Shown here piece after piece: positions 12,601 through 22,400 of a DNA stretch of 61,332 nt. Under the pieces are notes generated by a model. That model made no database searches and had not been told where the DNA came from. It worked only from the letters and a program-made list of their open reading frames with translations. This stretch comes from a virus. Its lineage: Duplodnaviria; Caudoviricetes. Location: IMG/VR virus record IMGVR_UViG_3300020417_001896, positions 1-61,332 of that record; one strand, 5' to 3'. A program made the translations under genes and the position numbers. The number at the start of each line of letters is the position of its first letter. Position 1 is the first letter of the stretch.

Positions 12601-15600
12601 TAGACTGATAGTTCTTTGTCGTACCTGCTGAAACCTGCGCTTCAAACATACGAGCCACAGCACCATCAACTGTACGAGCGTCATCAATCACAAGATCAGA
12701 ATCATGCCCTGCAACGATCACATCTCCATAAAACTCTGTCCTATTGAAACGACTAGGTAAAGAAACTGCATTTCCGTCTCGGAGATCGAGCCTAGAGTCC
12801 ATCATTGGACTAGAGTAAAGGCTCAGACTTCCAAGGGAGTCAAAGTTCCCTTTCTGTGGGTGTACTCTGACTGCATTTCCTGAGACAACACCAAGACCAC
12901 CGTCAAGAACGACACCTAAACCGAACCTTTCGGGATAGCCGAGAGAGACATAGCCCGACTCTCCATTTTCAAAGAGTCTCTTTGTCTTAGAAGTAATCGC
13001 TTCGTCTAATCTGTCAGTACGCTCTGAGGAGTATACAACAAGACGAGCAGGTGAGTTCCCAATAAAGTCTCCTATCCTATTTCTAAGACTTGGGTCGCTA
13101 AATGTATACCCATATATACTCACACTCCCATTGTGAGTTATCTGAGCTACACTCGGTCCATAAGCAGCAGCAAAAGAAGCTACTGATGAAGTTACAAAGG
13201 CTAGTGAAGTAGTTTTACCTCGATGGTTCATATTTCGATGAACACCTAAAAGCCTCACACCTAAAGAATAAGCGTCCTGAGCTTCTGACGGTGAAACTAT
13301 AGAGTTAGGAGCAAATTCTACCTCACTCGGTGTGTCGCTATTTCCATACTCAGAGTAGGATAAGGGTAATATTTCAGCAGGTAGAGAGTCTTTCCCTAAT
13401 GCTCTTGGATTAATCTCTAACCCGTTCAAATCAGCAGGTGCGCCTGTAGGACTACCACCTTGATCAACTACGTCAAAGATGAAAACGTCTTGGAAGTTGT
13501 TACCTGTACTTCGCTTTAAGATTCTCCAACTATGACCCAATTTCGCAGTAGGCTTCTTCAACACGTTATGTGTGTAATAAGTTGTGTTATGAAGCAGTCC
13601 TGTAGGAGTGAGAGCTTTTCCATCTTGGTTGGATTGAGAACTGTCGGGGTATATTGACCGAACCTCATCAGACTCTACTCTGACCATGATATTCGCCACT
13701 ATAGTGTTAAGCGAAGATCGAGTGTGCGCTGAGTAGTCAGAACCGTACCCATGAAGAGTATTTCGGCTACCCTGACCTGACTCTAAGTCTGAAGCGTCTA
13801 CAGGCATGAGAACAGGGGTGTCGATGATCTTATAAACGCCCCAATTGTCTACATGATCTACGTCTGTACTCCCATCGGTGTGCTTATAATCAAACAGCGC
13901 AACGTAAGCGTTCTTTAGTACAGGGAGAGCCATTGTCGCTAAGTCTGAGGAAGCAAACTGACCCATGTGAAATAAGGTGCTTCCAACGTCAGCTTCTGTT
14001 CCGTATTGACCTGGGAAGTTAGCAGTTACTTGTCTGTCCGTAGCACCTACAGGGTTAGCTAAGTCTTTACCTAGACTGTTAGAAATACCCTTAAGGTCTG
14101 CGAGAGTAAGACCCAAAGAAATAGTTGCTGTGCGCCTTACTGAAGCGTCTGTGATCACACTTGAACTTGATGGGTTCGGAGGTCCAAATAAACCAATGCC
14201 CGATGGAGTGTGCGCCCCACCTTGAGATTTCAAGTCATAAGTATTGAAACCACTCGCTGATTTCTGAGCTTGAAGTGCTGAGGTGGTCGGTCCCGTTCCT
14301 GTCTCATTGTAAGGCAAGAAAGGTGAAGTAACATCAAGAGTTTCCTCTGCATTAGAAATGAGATAGTCAGTGTTCGTAGGTGGCGCATAATCCGTGTGCA
14401 TAACAAACGCTGTGTTGTCATCGCTACCTAAGATTCTGAGGTTGCGAATAAAGAGCTGAACATCACCTGAAACACGAAGACCTGAGCTTCCACCAAAAGT
14501 GGCAGACTTGTAATCAGAACGCTTGTCCATTTCCCTTGAGAGTTGACCGATTGTACTAGAAGAAGAGCCTCCTGTACCTGTTGGCAAACTCACATAAGAG
14601 AACACTCCATGATCAAGGAAAGTTTCAAAGGTTCTAAGCTCATCATAGTTGTTGATGTCTTGCCCACCTCTATAAATCGAAGTCCCTAGCCCTCCCGAAA
14701 TGGAAGCAAAGCTAATCCCTGAATAATTCTGAGGAAGGCCATTAAGTAAACCAATCCTACCTCCCGAAATGAGAGAAGCACTGTTAGACCCTAATTCCCC
14801 AAAACCTCCATCAACAGCACCCGTATCTCTATTCTCAAGGAAATGAGTTGTGCTTTGGAGGTTGGGGACAGCAGAAGCTGTCAAAAGACTTCTTAAGTTA
14901 CCTTGAGTCCAAAAGAAGTTATTGCCACCAACGAGAGACACTTTGAAGAGATTAGACCCCCCAATCTCCGCATATTCTGCGTGGAATACAGGAGGTTCAT
15001 CTACTGTGGCTTGGTGAGTGAACAAGGGTTGCCAATAAGAAGACTCAGAGAAGCCACCGTACTGACCGTTAACTGAGGTTAGAACCGCTTTATATTCGTA
15101 GATACCATCAGTGCTTTCAGACTTATCTAATACCTTAGCTTTAGCTGACTGACGGTTTTGCCATGTGTTCGGGCTTTCTGTTTTAGTAATCTGTGAAAAA
15201 ATATGGAAGTCGTCTCCAACCTCAATCACTGAGGGAGAGTAAAGGCTTCTAGCAAAGTATTCTGAGGTGATCGAAACCACCATGTCTTCATAGCCCTTAT
15301 GGTTAGGACTCATAAGAGGTCTTGAGAAGCTACTACGCTCTCTCTTATTTGCAGAGAAAGTACAGATCAACCCTAAGTAGCTAGAGGCCGTATTTAAAGA
15401 GCTTGTGGGATAAACGTAATCACGAGACACCCATGTATATAGCCCTAAGTCTTCCTCGCTCAAATCATCATCAGAGTTGAATGAGAAAGAGGGGTTATCG
15501 AGCCAATGCCCTTGGGTCAAATAATCAAACGATTCAAGTGCCGACTTATCCACTGAGGCTATATCAAAAGGGAGCAAGTCAAAGTATTTCCCTGAACCGA

Positions 15601-18600
15601 TATATTCGTTTACAGAGAGTTTATTTCTGAGAGGACTTCCTGCTCGTCTTTCATTGCCGTCATACATACCGCTTTCTAAGTAGAAAGTCGCATTAGACGT
15701 AAGCGTCTGATCATAAATTAACCTAGAGCTACCAACCAAAGGTCCAATCGGCAAGAAGCCATTTCTATCGAAAGCTAAGACTGTGTGGTTAGCCTCAGCC
15801 ATAGCGTCTACACTACGAGTCTGCCAAGTTTCTCCATCGGGTAAGGTAGAAGACTCCCAATAAAGACCAATACGATGGTAGTTGCTACCAAACATACCAT
15901 TGAAGACTTTATCAGATTGGAGTTGTTCAGCAGAGCCAATAGAAGCGATTACATTGATGAGTTGGTTCTCACTCTTAATCGCTTCTGCCTTGATAGTAGT
16001 TGCACTAACCGTACCCTCGACAACAGGGATTTTACCACAACCACGACCCGTACAAATAAGAGCAACAGTTATTTTATCTAGGTTGCTTATTGTATCTAAA
16101 CCATAGTTAGGGTGTCTAGGGTCAGTAGAAGTTACCCAAAGAACTTGTCTCTCACCTCGTACTGTATGATTAGTGTAAGCGTCAATCTTAGCTTGAAGAC
16201 CCGTGTTAATCGTATCATCACCATTATCATGGTCTTGGTGGAAGCCCTCATAAAAACCTGCTCTATTTAAGAGTCTAGCGGCGTGTCCGAAATACAAGTC
16301 TTCATTAAGAGCGTCACAAAGTGCCTGAGCTTGTTCTCTATGCGCTGTTATGGTTTGACTTGAGAGTGTAGTTGGCAGGGTACTCTCAGGGAGTGTGATT
16401 GCAGGAACTTTAATCGCTACTGTAACCCACTTATTTCCACCAACTTCTTCAAGAGATAATAAGTATCTGAATGCTGGAATAACCCCTGCCGTAGCCAAGT
16501 TTGTTGTGATGTCTTCAATAGAAATAGATTCTACATAAGAATACGCAGGAAATACGCTTGGGCTACGCCCTGCAAGCATAATCGAACTAGTGTTGGTTCT
16601 AGCGAAGTATAACCTGCCTGACTCATAGTCATTAGGGTATTGCGCTACAGCGGCTGTATTGAGTGCAGAGGTAAGAAGCTCAGAAGTTAAGCTACCTCCC
16701 GTAGCATTCTTATAGGAAATGAATTTACTCTGCCAAGGGTTAGCAGATGTCCCTGCATGGTCAAGACCTAAAACAACTCTCTGATTGTTTGTAAAAGTAG
16801 ATACTTGAGCTGATCTAATCGCCCCACCCTCTACGTTCAGATAAAGACCTGTCATGTTCGGGTTAGACTCAAAGAGACTTGTATCGAACTGCATATAGTC
16901 TGAGTCGTTTGTTCGATCTCCTAAGTCATTGCTAGTAGATAAAGCTACGAGAGGTTTGACTGTGAAAGTATCAGTTGGGATTTCTGTTACATTAGACGCA
17001 ACAAGATCACCCCTAGTGATGGACAAACCGATCTCATACTTATCTGAGTCAATAACCCATTTCTTTGAGTCCGAGTCGTACAATAGAGTGGACTCATCAG
17101 TACGCAAACCACTAACTGAAAGAGACATACTCCCATCAGCATTGTAAGAAATAGAACCGTCTGTGAAAGAAATGCCTTCACTACGGGCTGATCTTCCTGC
17201 AAGGACTGATTGCTTGTAAGAGAGCTTCCCATGTCTTGAGAAGTTAAACACCGTATCAGAGGAAATCTTTGTACCGTAAGCTGTACCATCAAAGTCTATA
17301 ATTAACTTGTCGAGCTTCACACCATTGTTTTGGTTAGAAGCACCTCGATAAAAGAACCTAAGAGTTACTCTCTCACCGAGGGAGAAGCTGTCCACCTCAG
17401 CTTCGATAACACCTGTTTGTGGTATGTCGCTGATCGACAAAGACGGAATGAAGACTGAGTTTGTACCGTCCCAAAATGTACTATGGTCTGCTTCAGAAAT
17501 GTCTAGCAGATGAGTTGCAGGGGTCGAACTTGTGTAAGTAAGAATCTGAGGGATTTTAGGAAGCTGAAATGCTCCTTTTTCCATGCCGTCTTCTAAAGTA
17601 GTAAGACGAATCCCATAGCTCGCTTCCTGCGCTAAAGGAACACAGGAAATGAAAAGAACTGTTCTTTTGAGAGGGTTTGTTGAGTGATCTGTCACTGCTT
17701 GAGTCTGAGTGTATGCACTCTTGAAATAAACAGTAGCTCCCTCGTAATCAACCTCATAAAGTTCGGGTGATAATGGGTTGTCATAATCAGCTACAAGCGA
17801 GGTAGTATCAGACGAAACTTTAGCAGGGTAAACAATAACCTCAAAACCCAACTCTGATAGGTTCGATGGTGAGTTCCCATAAATAAGAGAGTTCCCGTCC
17901 CAAGTACAAACACTCCCTCTCTGTAAAGAAGACTGATTGATCGAAGCTCCCTCACCAATGCTTGTTGAGTTAGGAGAGATAAGACCTTTAACTCTAGCTG
18001 ACTCGATCTCTACAGTCTGCGCTACTTTACTAGAAAGAAGCTCAGAAATAGACCTGTGTATCGTAAACTCCACCTTGAGTTCGTTTATGTAAGTTGGATT
18101 CCAAACTACATTTCCTGAGACATGGTTCTGCTCTGAAACTCTTTTAAGTTTGATATTTCTAGGGCTAGAACCAACACCGTCTATCTCTAGGATTTCAAAG
18201 TAGCCGTAGTAGGCATTTCTCTCAGTCTCTGTTAAAGGAGTTGTGGCATTAGAGTCATCTACTTTAACTATTCTGAGTAGCTTCCCAACAACAGTGCTAT
18301 AAATGTTAGAAGGATTTTGAAGCGTAGCGAGGTTCTGATCTCTAAGGCGATTGAGAGCGTCTATTTCCTCAGTCTCTATATGGAACTCACCTGCAACGGG
18401 AGAACCTGCTTGGACAATAGAACCTTTCAGATTAACTGCCTCTCCATGAGCCATCGGTACAGGAACAGGGGTGTTAATCGTAGACCCGTAAGAGGAAGCT
18501 ACACCTGCATAAGTTGACGCATGGAAATCGCCTGCTTTCCAATTAGAAAGAGGTGGCTCGAAATCAAGAGAGCTTGATTTCTCAGGAGGCATAATAAAGA

Positions 18601-19381
18601 AAGTTGTCCCCTCAGACTTAGGTGCTTCTAAGAGACGAGAGGTCTTCTTACGGAGGAATGTAATCCCTGCTACTTTTCCTGATGGAGAAGAAAAGATTTT
18701 ACCTAGAGGAGTGCTGTCTTCAATTGTAATGGTAGTGCTAGAAAGCTGTTTAACTTTGAATACTTCTAGCTCTATTCTATCGGGAGGTAAAACTGAGGGT
18801 GAGACAAGACCTACAGGGTTGTAGCTTGAGTCCCATGCTTCATAAAAACTACCCACATGAGAAACGATAAGATACAGACCTCCATGATCTGCATTCAATT
18901 CCTGTAACGAAATGACTTCGGGACTCTGAGAAGACAGGTTGGTAAGACCGTACTCTGTCTCAATAGTCTTAGTTGAGTGCTGTATCGTTAATGTATTTGT
19001 AAAAGAGTCTATGAACCAAGTCCAATCAACATGAGGGGACTTGAGAGTTGGACCTACGACTTCAAAGGAAATGGGCGCACCTAATGTTGGCGCACCTTTC
19101 TCTCCAATACGGCTTGTGTTTTCTCCGTAAGGTATGAAGTCAATATCGCCAAGGCCGACTTGACCTAAACTAGTCCTAATCTTAGCTTCGCTTGAGGTGG
19201 CTGTAGCGTCTTCTACGAGATACTCACTAGCCCAAGACCCGTTTAACTTTGTTAAGCCCGTCTTTACTTCATCTGCTCTTACAACTCTATCTCGCTGAAA
19301 AGGTTCAGAAGTAGAGTTGTTAGTGGCTTGGATTCCTTGCTCAGATTTCTTTAGACGATCAAGATCAGTAGTAGAAGCCAT
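6632..19381 (-). CDS. giant (4249 aa) putative tail fibre / virion appendage protein
   Basis: Uninterrupted 12.75 kb ORF, S/T/G/N-rich; YEVDYEGATVYF resembles beta-rich tail/baseplate segments; lies within the baseplate operon. The coding call is firm; the function is inferred from context. Confidence 0.6.
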   Translation of the reverse strand: MASTTDLDRLKKSEQGIQATNNSTSEPFQRDRVVRADEVKTGLTKLNGSWASEYLVEDATATSSEAKIRTSLGQVGLGDIDFIPYGENTSRIGEKGAPTLGAPISFEVVGPTLKSPHVDWTWFIDSFTNTLTIQHSTKTIETEYGLTNLSSQSPEVISLQELNADHGGLYLIVSHVGSFYEAWDSSYNPVGLVSPSVLPPDRIELEVFKVKQLSSTTITIEDSTPLGKIFSSPSGKVAGITFLRKKTSRLLEAPKSEGTTFFIMPPEKSSSLDFEPPLSNWKAGDFHASTYAGVASSYGSTINTPVPVPMAHGEAVNLKGSIVQAGSPVAGEFHIETEEIDALNRLRDQNLATLQNPSNIYSTVVGKLLRIVKVDDSNATTPLTETERNAYYGYFEILEIDGVGSSPRNIKLKRVSEQNHVSGNVVWNPTYINELKVEFTIHRSISELLSSKVAQTVEIESARVKGLISPNSTSIGEGASINQSSLQRGSVCTWDGNSLIYGNSPSNLSELGFEVIVYPAKVSSDTTSLVADYDNPLSPELYEVDYEGATVYFKSAYTQTQAVTDHSTNPLKRTVLFISCVPLAQEASYGIRLTTLEDGMEKGAFQLPKIPQILTYTSSTPATHLLDISEADHSTFWDGTNSVFIPSLSISDIPQTGVIEAEVDSFSLGERVTLRFFYRGASNQNNGVKLDKLIIDFDGTAYGTKISSDTVFNFSRHGKLSYKQSVLAGRSARSEGISFTDGSISYNADGSMSLSVSGLRTDESTLLYDSDSKKWVIDSDKYEIGLSITRGDLVASNVTEIPTDTFTVKPLVALSTSNDLGDRTNDSDYMQFDTSLFESNPNMTGLYLNVEGGAIRSAQVSTFTNNQRVVLGLDHAGTSANPWQSKFISYKNATGGSLTSELLTSALNTAAVAQYPNDYESGRLYFARTNTSSIMLAGRSPSVFPAYSYVESISIEDITTNLATAGVIPAFRYLLSLEEVGGNKWVTVAIKVPAITLPESTLPTTLSSQTITAHREQAQALCDALNEDLYFGHAARLLNRAGFYEGFHQDHDNGDDTINTGLQAKIDAYTNHTVRGERQVLWVTSTDPRHPNYGLDTISNLDKITVALICTGRGCGKIPVVEGTVSATTIKAEAIKSENQLINVIASIGSAEQLQSDKVFNGMFGSNYHRIGLYWESSTLPDGETWQTRSVDAMAEANHTVLAFDRNGFLPIGPLVGSSRLIYDQTLTSNATFYLESGMYDGNERRAGSPLRNKLSVNEYIGSGKYFDLLPFDIASVDKSALESFDYLTQGHWLDNPSFSFNSDDDLSEEDLGLYTWVSRDYVYPTSSLNTASSYLGLICTFSANKRERSSFSRPLMSPNHKGYEDMVVSITSEYFARSLYSPSVIEVGDDFHIFSQITKTESPNTWQNRQSAKAKVLDKSESTDGIYEYKAVLTSVNGQYGGFSESSYWQPLFTHQATVDEPPVFHAEYAEIGGSNLFKVSLVGGNNFFWTQGNLRSLLTASAVPNLQSTTHFLENRDTGAVDGGFGELGSNSASLISGGRIGLLNGLPQNYSGISFASISGGLGTSIYRGGQDINNYDELRTFETFLDHGVFSYVSLPTGTGGSSSSTIGQLSREMDKRSDYKSATFGGSSGLRVSGDVQLFIRNLRILGSDDNTAFVMHTDYAPPTNTDYLISNAEETLDVTSPFLPYNETGTGPTTSALQAQKSASGFNTYDLKSQGGAHTPSGIGLFGPPNPSSSSVITDASVRRTATISLGLTLADLKGISNSLGKDLANPVGATDRQVTANFPGQYGTEADVGSTLFHMGQFASSDLATMALPVLKNAYVALFDYKHTDGSTDVDHVDNWGVYKIIDTPVLMPVDASDLESGQGSRNTLHGYGSDYSAHTRSSLNTIVANIMVRVESDEVRSIYPDSSQSNQDGKALTPTGLLHNTTYYTHNVLKKPTAKLGHSWRILKRSTGNNFQDVFIFDVVDQGGSPTGAPADLNGLEINPRALGKDSLPAEILPLSYSEYGNSDTPSEVEFAPNSIVSPSEAQDAYSLGVRLLGVHRNMNHRGKTTSLAFVTSSVASFAAAYGPSVAQITHNGSVSIYGYTFSDPSLRNRIGDFIGNSPARLVVYSSERTDRLDEAITSKTKRLFENGESGYVSLGYPERFGLGVVLDGGLGVVSGNAVRVHPQKGNFDSLGSLSLYSSPMMDSRLDLRDGNAVSLPSRFNRTEFYGDVIVAGHDSDLVIDDARTVDGAVARMFEAQVSAGTTKNYQSRLLRFGEKWSMFGEWGVGATGSSQDLTYFLGVAGLPNLIPRDDGNGFKMRLPKSYLYAPPPPLPNDTVLPWVNAGIRVKTGGGLIYERAFRPQDATGADIVASTAKGAKSDRGLRGLEIPAYGECLLLPKGPSTLGGRVYEKDHSFTGDTDSVAYGSKSKIRTGMTPTDLPLYEFYNGPSKFAYGGNFAITIGNVLQEHGVFEREAGGTGQLLRNLTPKTNSVGSTERHREYDAGVLSQAYHHSRSNSDPNWGGKLGLFNTSTKTVYVYAYYNNYSARSDSTEGFAVFYLTKNGRKQYVNINVNYTNATAPLEQKTDPAGNGRPFVKAKTEQNLPANNTSTWNTGGHFLLPENIYHFYVESTANGSTGGLPDLSVLFFNVATFDPTLIGHSLADGIASYSLSEPYLDLYPSTSTTNITGAGSNQRIHKIVYPRSNNNINVHPEWGFGGVANYDYEFNLSDADLLADGFTQSQIDNIFTANSDINLTSEFQFRVMDGMVLEDVSSGAFYTIGEVGRYRGWHSHLKPLSAPGDFVSYNHKFNEYDSISDLTTNSLDLYQVPPIRPMNLGSVIGNNGNTSPELLYDLSQHFNYEQTCLDRATAASQKNGFGDISHNGYVRRPLLGHKFRVVPNVEFVPVLGHRSVKGGLAVPYDKNATTPYSTYIKEADAILYDANYHFLDSDVGRKIYICGTYEYAYVGWYVIIGIQKDYEVNFKQENAQVEALTELFDVAVVRKIKRSGEYIRTWDRENNLPLPMREKAPVLEACMDANSNGKRMIFDDLEEDFDIHLPDPFLPQNLTTEMANHYAGLSYTTDVTDMTGYQPTSPLWLSLEVKDETALNLNYQIGVVVPQSVLSSWTSQGTVNLVKQLNADSNTNGIRIGRSLLAQSTLVGFSAWGSYSDEKFIKWSVKYALEDQYTKFPVSTTINQPLICGITCEIDTSVLSYNQRKAFLGRGTSLEVSFQFNPHVEDTLNHVNDNKTLLREDFSSRGFFSEIGVNTNVCVSWADKNSYLPNQFVGYHTNASTTEYSYSVYQSDQSATDYNISLKQWSTQGISLSSLPTSQSTTGGIRWVFSAPLLEENVGSYVHLTKPRPYRFGQPTHTQQLRLNSLTSRYSVNHLANPHSWLSGWQRIKDLDSAQGNEPFDLGTDIFRVNRCPSTGDILLGGDCESYSVEDIICRTRGGFTQKGIEISYSPLSVMGNWPDSYTNGLPNTGALNYPIMYALQPIAREKIVSISPTSASSSVVMAHGQYGQAPMVVPASPLALDTVNAINVSGSTATLNTADYGEDFVFGERLMMDVSRPWLLMGRDNASQTHRFKNLAVTSITDLESEITFPSVAYPSNTPGSPHSVIQGNAIESGNSDSFLSYSTYEKNLAGLTDYLSAIYTWTPSGEWWQLQSPLYFGFKGAFLNESTQHPTLRIDLTESFTQASASGSGLNSPYIGRTPKGARLNRIWVNFGVDGDDSEMPGSLFSENSREFYNSVNGTRYNDLDNTTLRTKRINKTETSTDYEYWSWRKRNSSMTFNLVVELPGSIANSEDNFYMDEEGSSWSEISVEEYSFSPLGGSNGTAFGGRSPTASYNHSSNSTRIADGVLKGKPRFKGGTVVVPLYVNREAGDLMPNVMERFVTVGPTRFKYQELAKTKDWSVGDSKYGFGAKGNFHTSFISSVDVEGDDTFDYKELTYPDLDINSFTPMLWGGQNFYSSDNEIDNFITVGNSQKNASLATFKDVRSASVLGTPLPRSSRVSGGVLSSFSSGIYSDTSIFDPVYTNFEMAVHAPATTGITIAHSSTNEMVEGKAAVASSGSFGFPATGITSQENFIKILGQAKSSHHSFTMALTPVGDFFEAPSGAINMPKVAGLNALAPKDATGANDIYSDGHRNFASLGRYGRSLNVSTGTEPKDRRFKVGNWLDHILEYYGIPAQSGSMLPPGARVFLEVTVPWGRRPFLVGGELLPHYNFSNNGAWVSSVKCAFEVETADGTAWTQDVNTMGED

Positions 19382-19436
19382 ATTCTATTTCCCTCTTTTA
19401 ATATTTTACATGAGCCATGTGTAATAGAGCTACCTA

Positions 19437-22400
19437 TTAAAGAACAACCACTTCATCACTATCGAAGTTTTGCCCATTAGACATTCTTAGTATCTCTATA
19501 CCAATCAGACCTCTTCGATCTCTCAAAGGTCTGTTGGTGGGGGTATTGTCAGTGCCAAATAAGTCAAGACCAAAAGTAGTTCCTGTTGTGTTTTGGGTGT
19601 GGAAACCGTAGTTAAATAAAGCCTTAACAAGCACAGGGGTTTCGTTGTCAGAGTTAACGAAGAAAGAAGCGTTAGGACCTACCTCTAGCTCTAAGTCTAA
19701 GTAGTGAACTGCTTCCTCTACCAAGACTCCTTCTTGACTAGAAATGAGACACCCTGCGCCATCATATTCTAGGCTCTGCTTACTCGGTCCATCTCCATTG
19801 CTTCTGCCTACATCAAGCCATGTCGTAAGACCTGGCACTTTGACGTACACAGTTATGGGTCGAAAGGCATTTTGAAAGTCTATGTTATTAAACTCAAGAC
19901 CCACGAGTCTTAGTTTAAATCTACTTGTCCCTGCCATATTTTCTGAAGTCCCACTGCGTGAGAAATCGACATCAAAAGTACGGACAAAAGAGAAAGCTCT
20001 TTCTTTCCAACCTGATGTATTGAGTGAGTTGTCAGGTTGAGCGTAATACTTATCTGCAAGACCTGCCGTATAAGTTGTAGAACTGTACTGAGTCAAAGAG
20101 TTTTGCCAACTAGACTGATAAGTCTCATTAGGGATAAAGCCACTCGCTGTGTAGTCGATTGCAGGGGCTGTCAGTACACCACGTCTAGGTTGACCGTATT
20201 TCCCACCACTCAAAACATTGTTAGCGAGCTGAGGCATACCTCTCACTTGAGCATACCCCTCTATGTTATAATCACCTGATTGAATACCTCTCTGCCAATG
20301 TAGACCATTTCTTAAAAACCCTGCTTTGCCATGCTTCGAGTCCCCCTCTGTTGTAGAGACAGGGCTGTCGTCTCTCACTGATACTTCAATGGGGAGGAAG
20401 CCTTCAGGTAGTCCTGCACCCTTAAGATTGTTGTTGATCGCAGAATCTACTACTTCATAAAACCTATGATCTAAACGGTAGGACTCATCTAAGAATCTCT
20501 CTTGTGTGTCTTTTCTAGCGGTAAATAAACCACTAAAAGGCTTACGGTAAAGTTCCTCTCCACCTTGGTTTGGGTTATACGCATTTGTGTACTTGAGATA
20601 CCCTAAGTACACTGTGTTAAACGATAAACCTTGTACTGCGATAATCCCTCTACTTGTTTCCAAGAAGTTTCCATATTGAGGATAATTAAGACCTGTGCCA
20701 CTCTTTTCAACCTCAAGCATATCAAAGTCGTTCACATCGAACGCAACAGGTTGAAATGCATATCTCAAACTTGAGGTATGGAAAGACCTCTCATCTACTG
20801 TACTTACATAGACCTGATTGATCCCGAACACCGCAGTACCTGCACCTAATCTATCCCATACAGTTACAAAGTTAGACGTATTTCCTTGGTCTGTTCTCTT
20901 GGCTGAGATCGCATTATTCTCAACCCCACCACCTGTTAAAGCCACGTCTTCATCTGTAATGAAGATCACATGGAAAGTAGTCATGCTTGAGTAGCCTGGG
21001 CCGTACTCAATGAAGTAGTCTTCACCCACCACCATTTCTAAAGTCGCTTCGGGGCTACCTGCTGTTGCTGAGTGGGAACTCGCACTGCTCGCTCCATACT
21101 TCGGATAGTCCGTATTAAGCCCTGTGTTAAGTGAAGAAACTTCAGAAATGTCAGAGGTAAGGTTCTCTAAGGTCTGATAGATTCTGAAGCCCTCATTATC
21201 ATACCTAAAGATTGAGAAGAACCGACCTGAGCTATTCGCAGAAGCAGGGTACTCGAAATAGATACGGACAGTCTTAGTTGGAGTTAACTCAATCAACGAG
21301 TGAAGCCTCGCAGAGTGATACAAAACCTTTTCAGTCGTGATTGAGTTACTTCCTGTTTGGTTAGGTAAGGAAACTGAAGAGGTCGCAATACCATCGTAGT
21401 GATAGCTAGGATCTTTAGTAGAAACACCTACAAGAACTCCCTCAGAAATAACACAAAGACCTGTGTCCCCTTCGGGGTATATTTCTGCCGTTACATCATA
21501 AACATCGTTAGATACGTTGGTAGAAATAGTAGACGGGTCATCTTGGTAGTTAGCTAAGAAAGATTGAATCTTCGTTTGATCTGTTCTCAGTGAGGGTGTT
21601 GTCTCTAAGTCTGTATAAACAGAAAGATTAGCTTCCCCTGTAAGTGAAGCTAAGTTCAAGTGAAAGATACTGAAAGGGTCATTAAACTTCCGAGCTACAT
21701 TAGTATCTTCCGTTTCAATCATGTAATGAGGGTTGGTAAAACTACTTAAAGAGTAATTGTTGAAGTTCACATAAACTTGTACGTTATTTCTCTTAGTTGG
21801 GTGGTTTAAAGGTGCTTGGTATCTGTAAGGTCTACTCCCTTTAGGAAGCACATACTTAACTCCTGAAATAACCGTAAAGTAACCATTTTCTCTATTAAAG
21901 AGCGTATCACTTGCAGGTGCGCTAATAGGTTGATGGTGTTGTATGCCTAAACTGTAAAAGAACCCACTGTCTCTCCAATTAGTTATTGCTCTCTCATACA
22001 CGTTAATTTGAGGTCTAACTAAAGGATTGGAAATAGAGTCAGTTGCAGGCTCTACTTGTGGGACTCCCTTATCTGAGAATCCATCATCGTCTACAGCTAA
22101 GTTGTTAATGTTCTCAGCCTCTAGCGCATTTAAGAAGTTGACACTCCAAAGATCATCTTCAGAGGGTTGAAGACCATCTCTAACAAGGTTCTCAAAAGCG
22201 TCTTCTGTTTTGAAATGAACCAAAGCATAGGAGCCTTTTTTCGATTGAGTTTCTAAGACGGCAGGACTCAGTTCAGAGTAATCTACAACGTGCCTGAACC
22301 GAGCAACTTGGAAAGTATAAATATCCTCTCCAAAAGTGATGTAGTTACCTGCTGTTTCTAACTCACCTGTGGTTGAAGCAGGCTGTAGGGTAGAGAAGAA

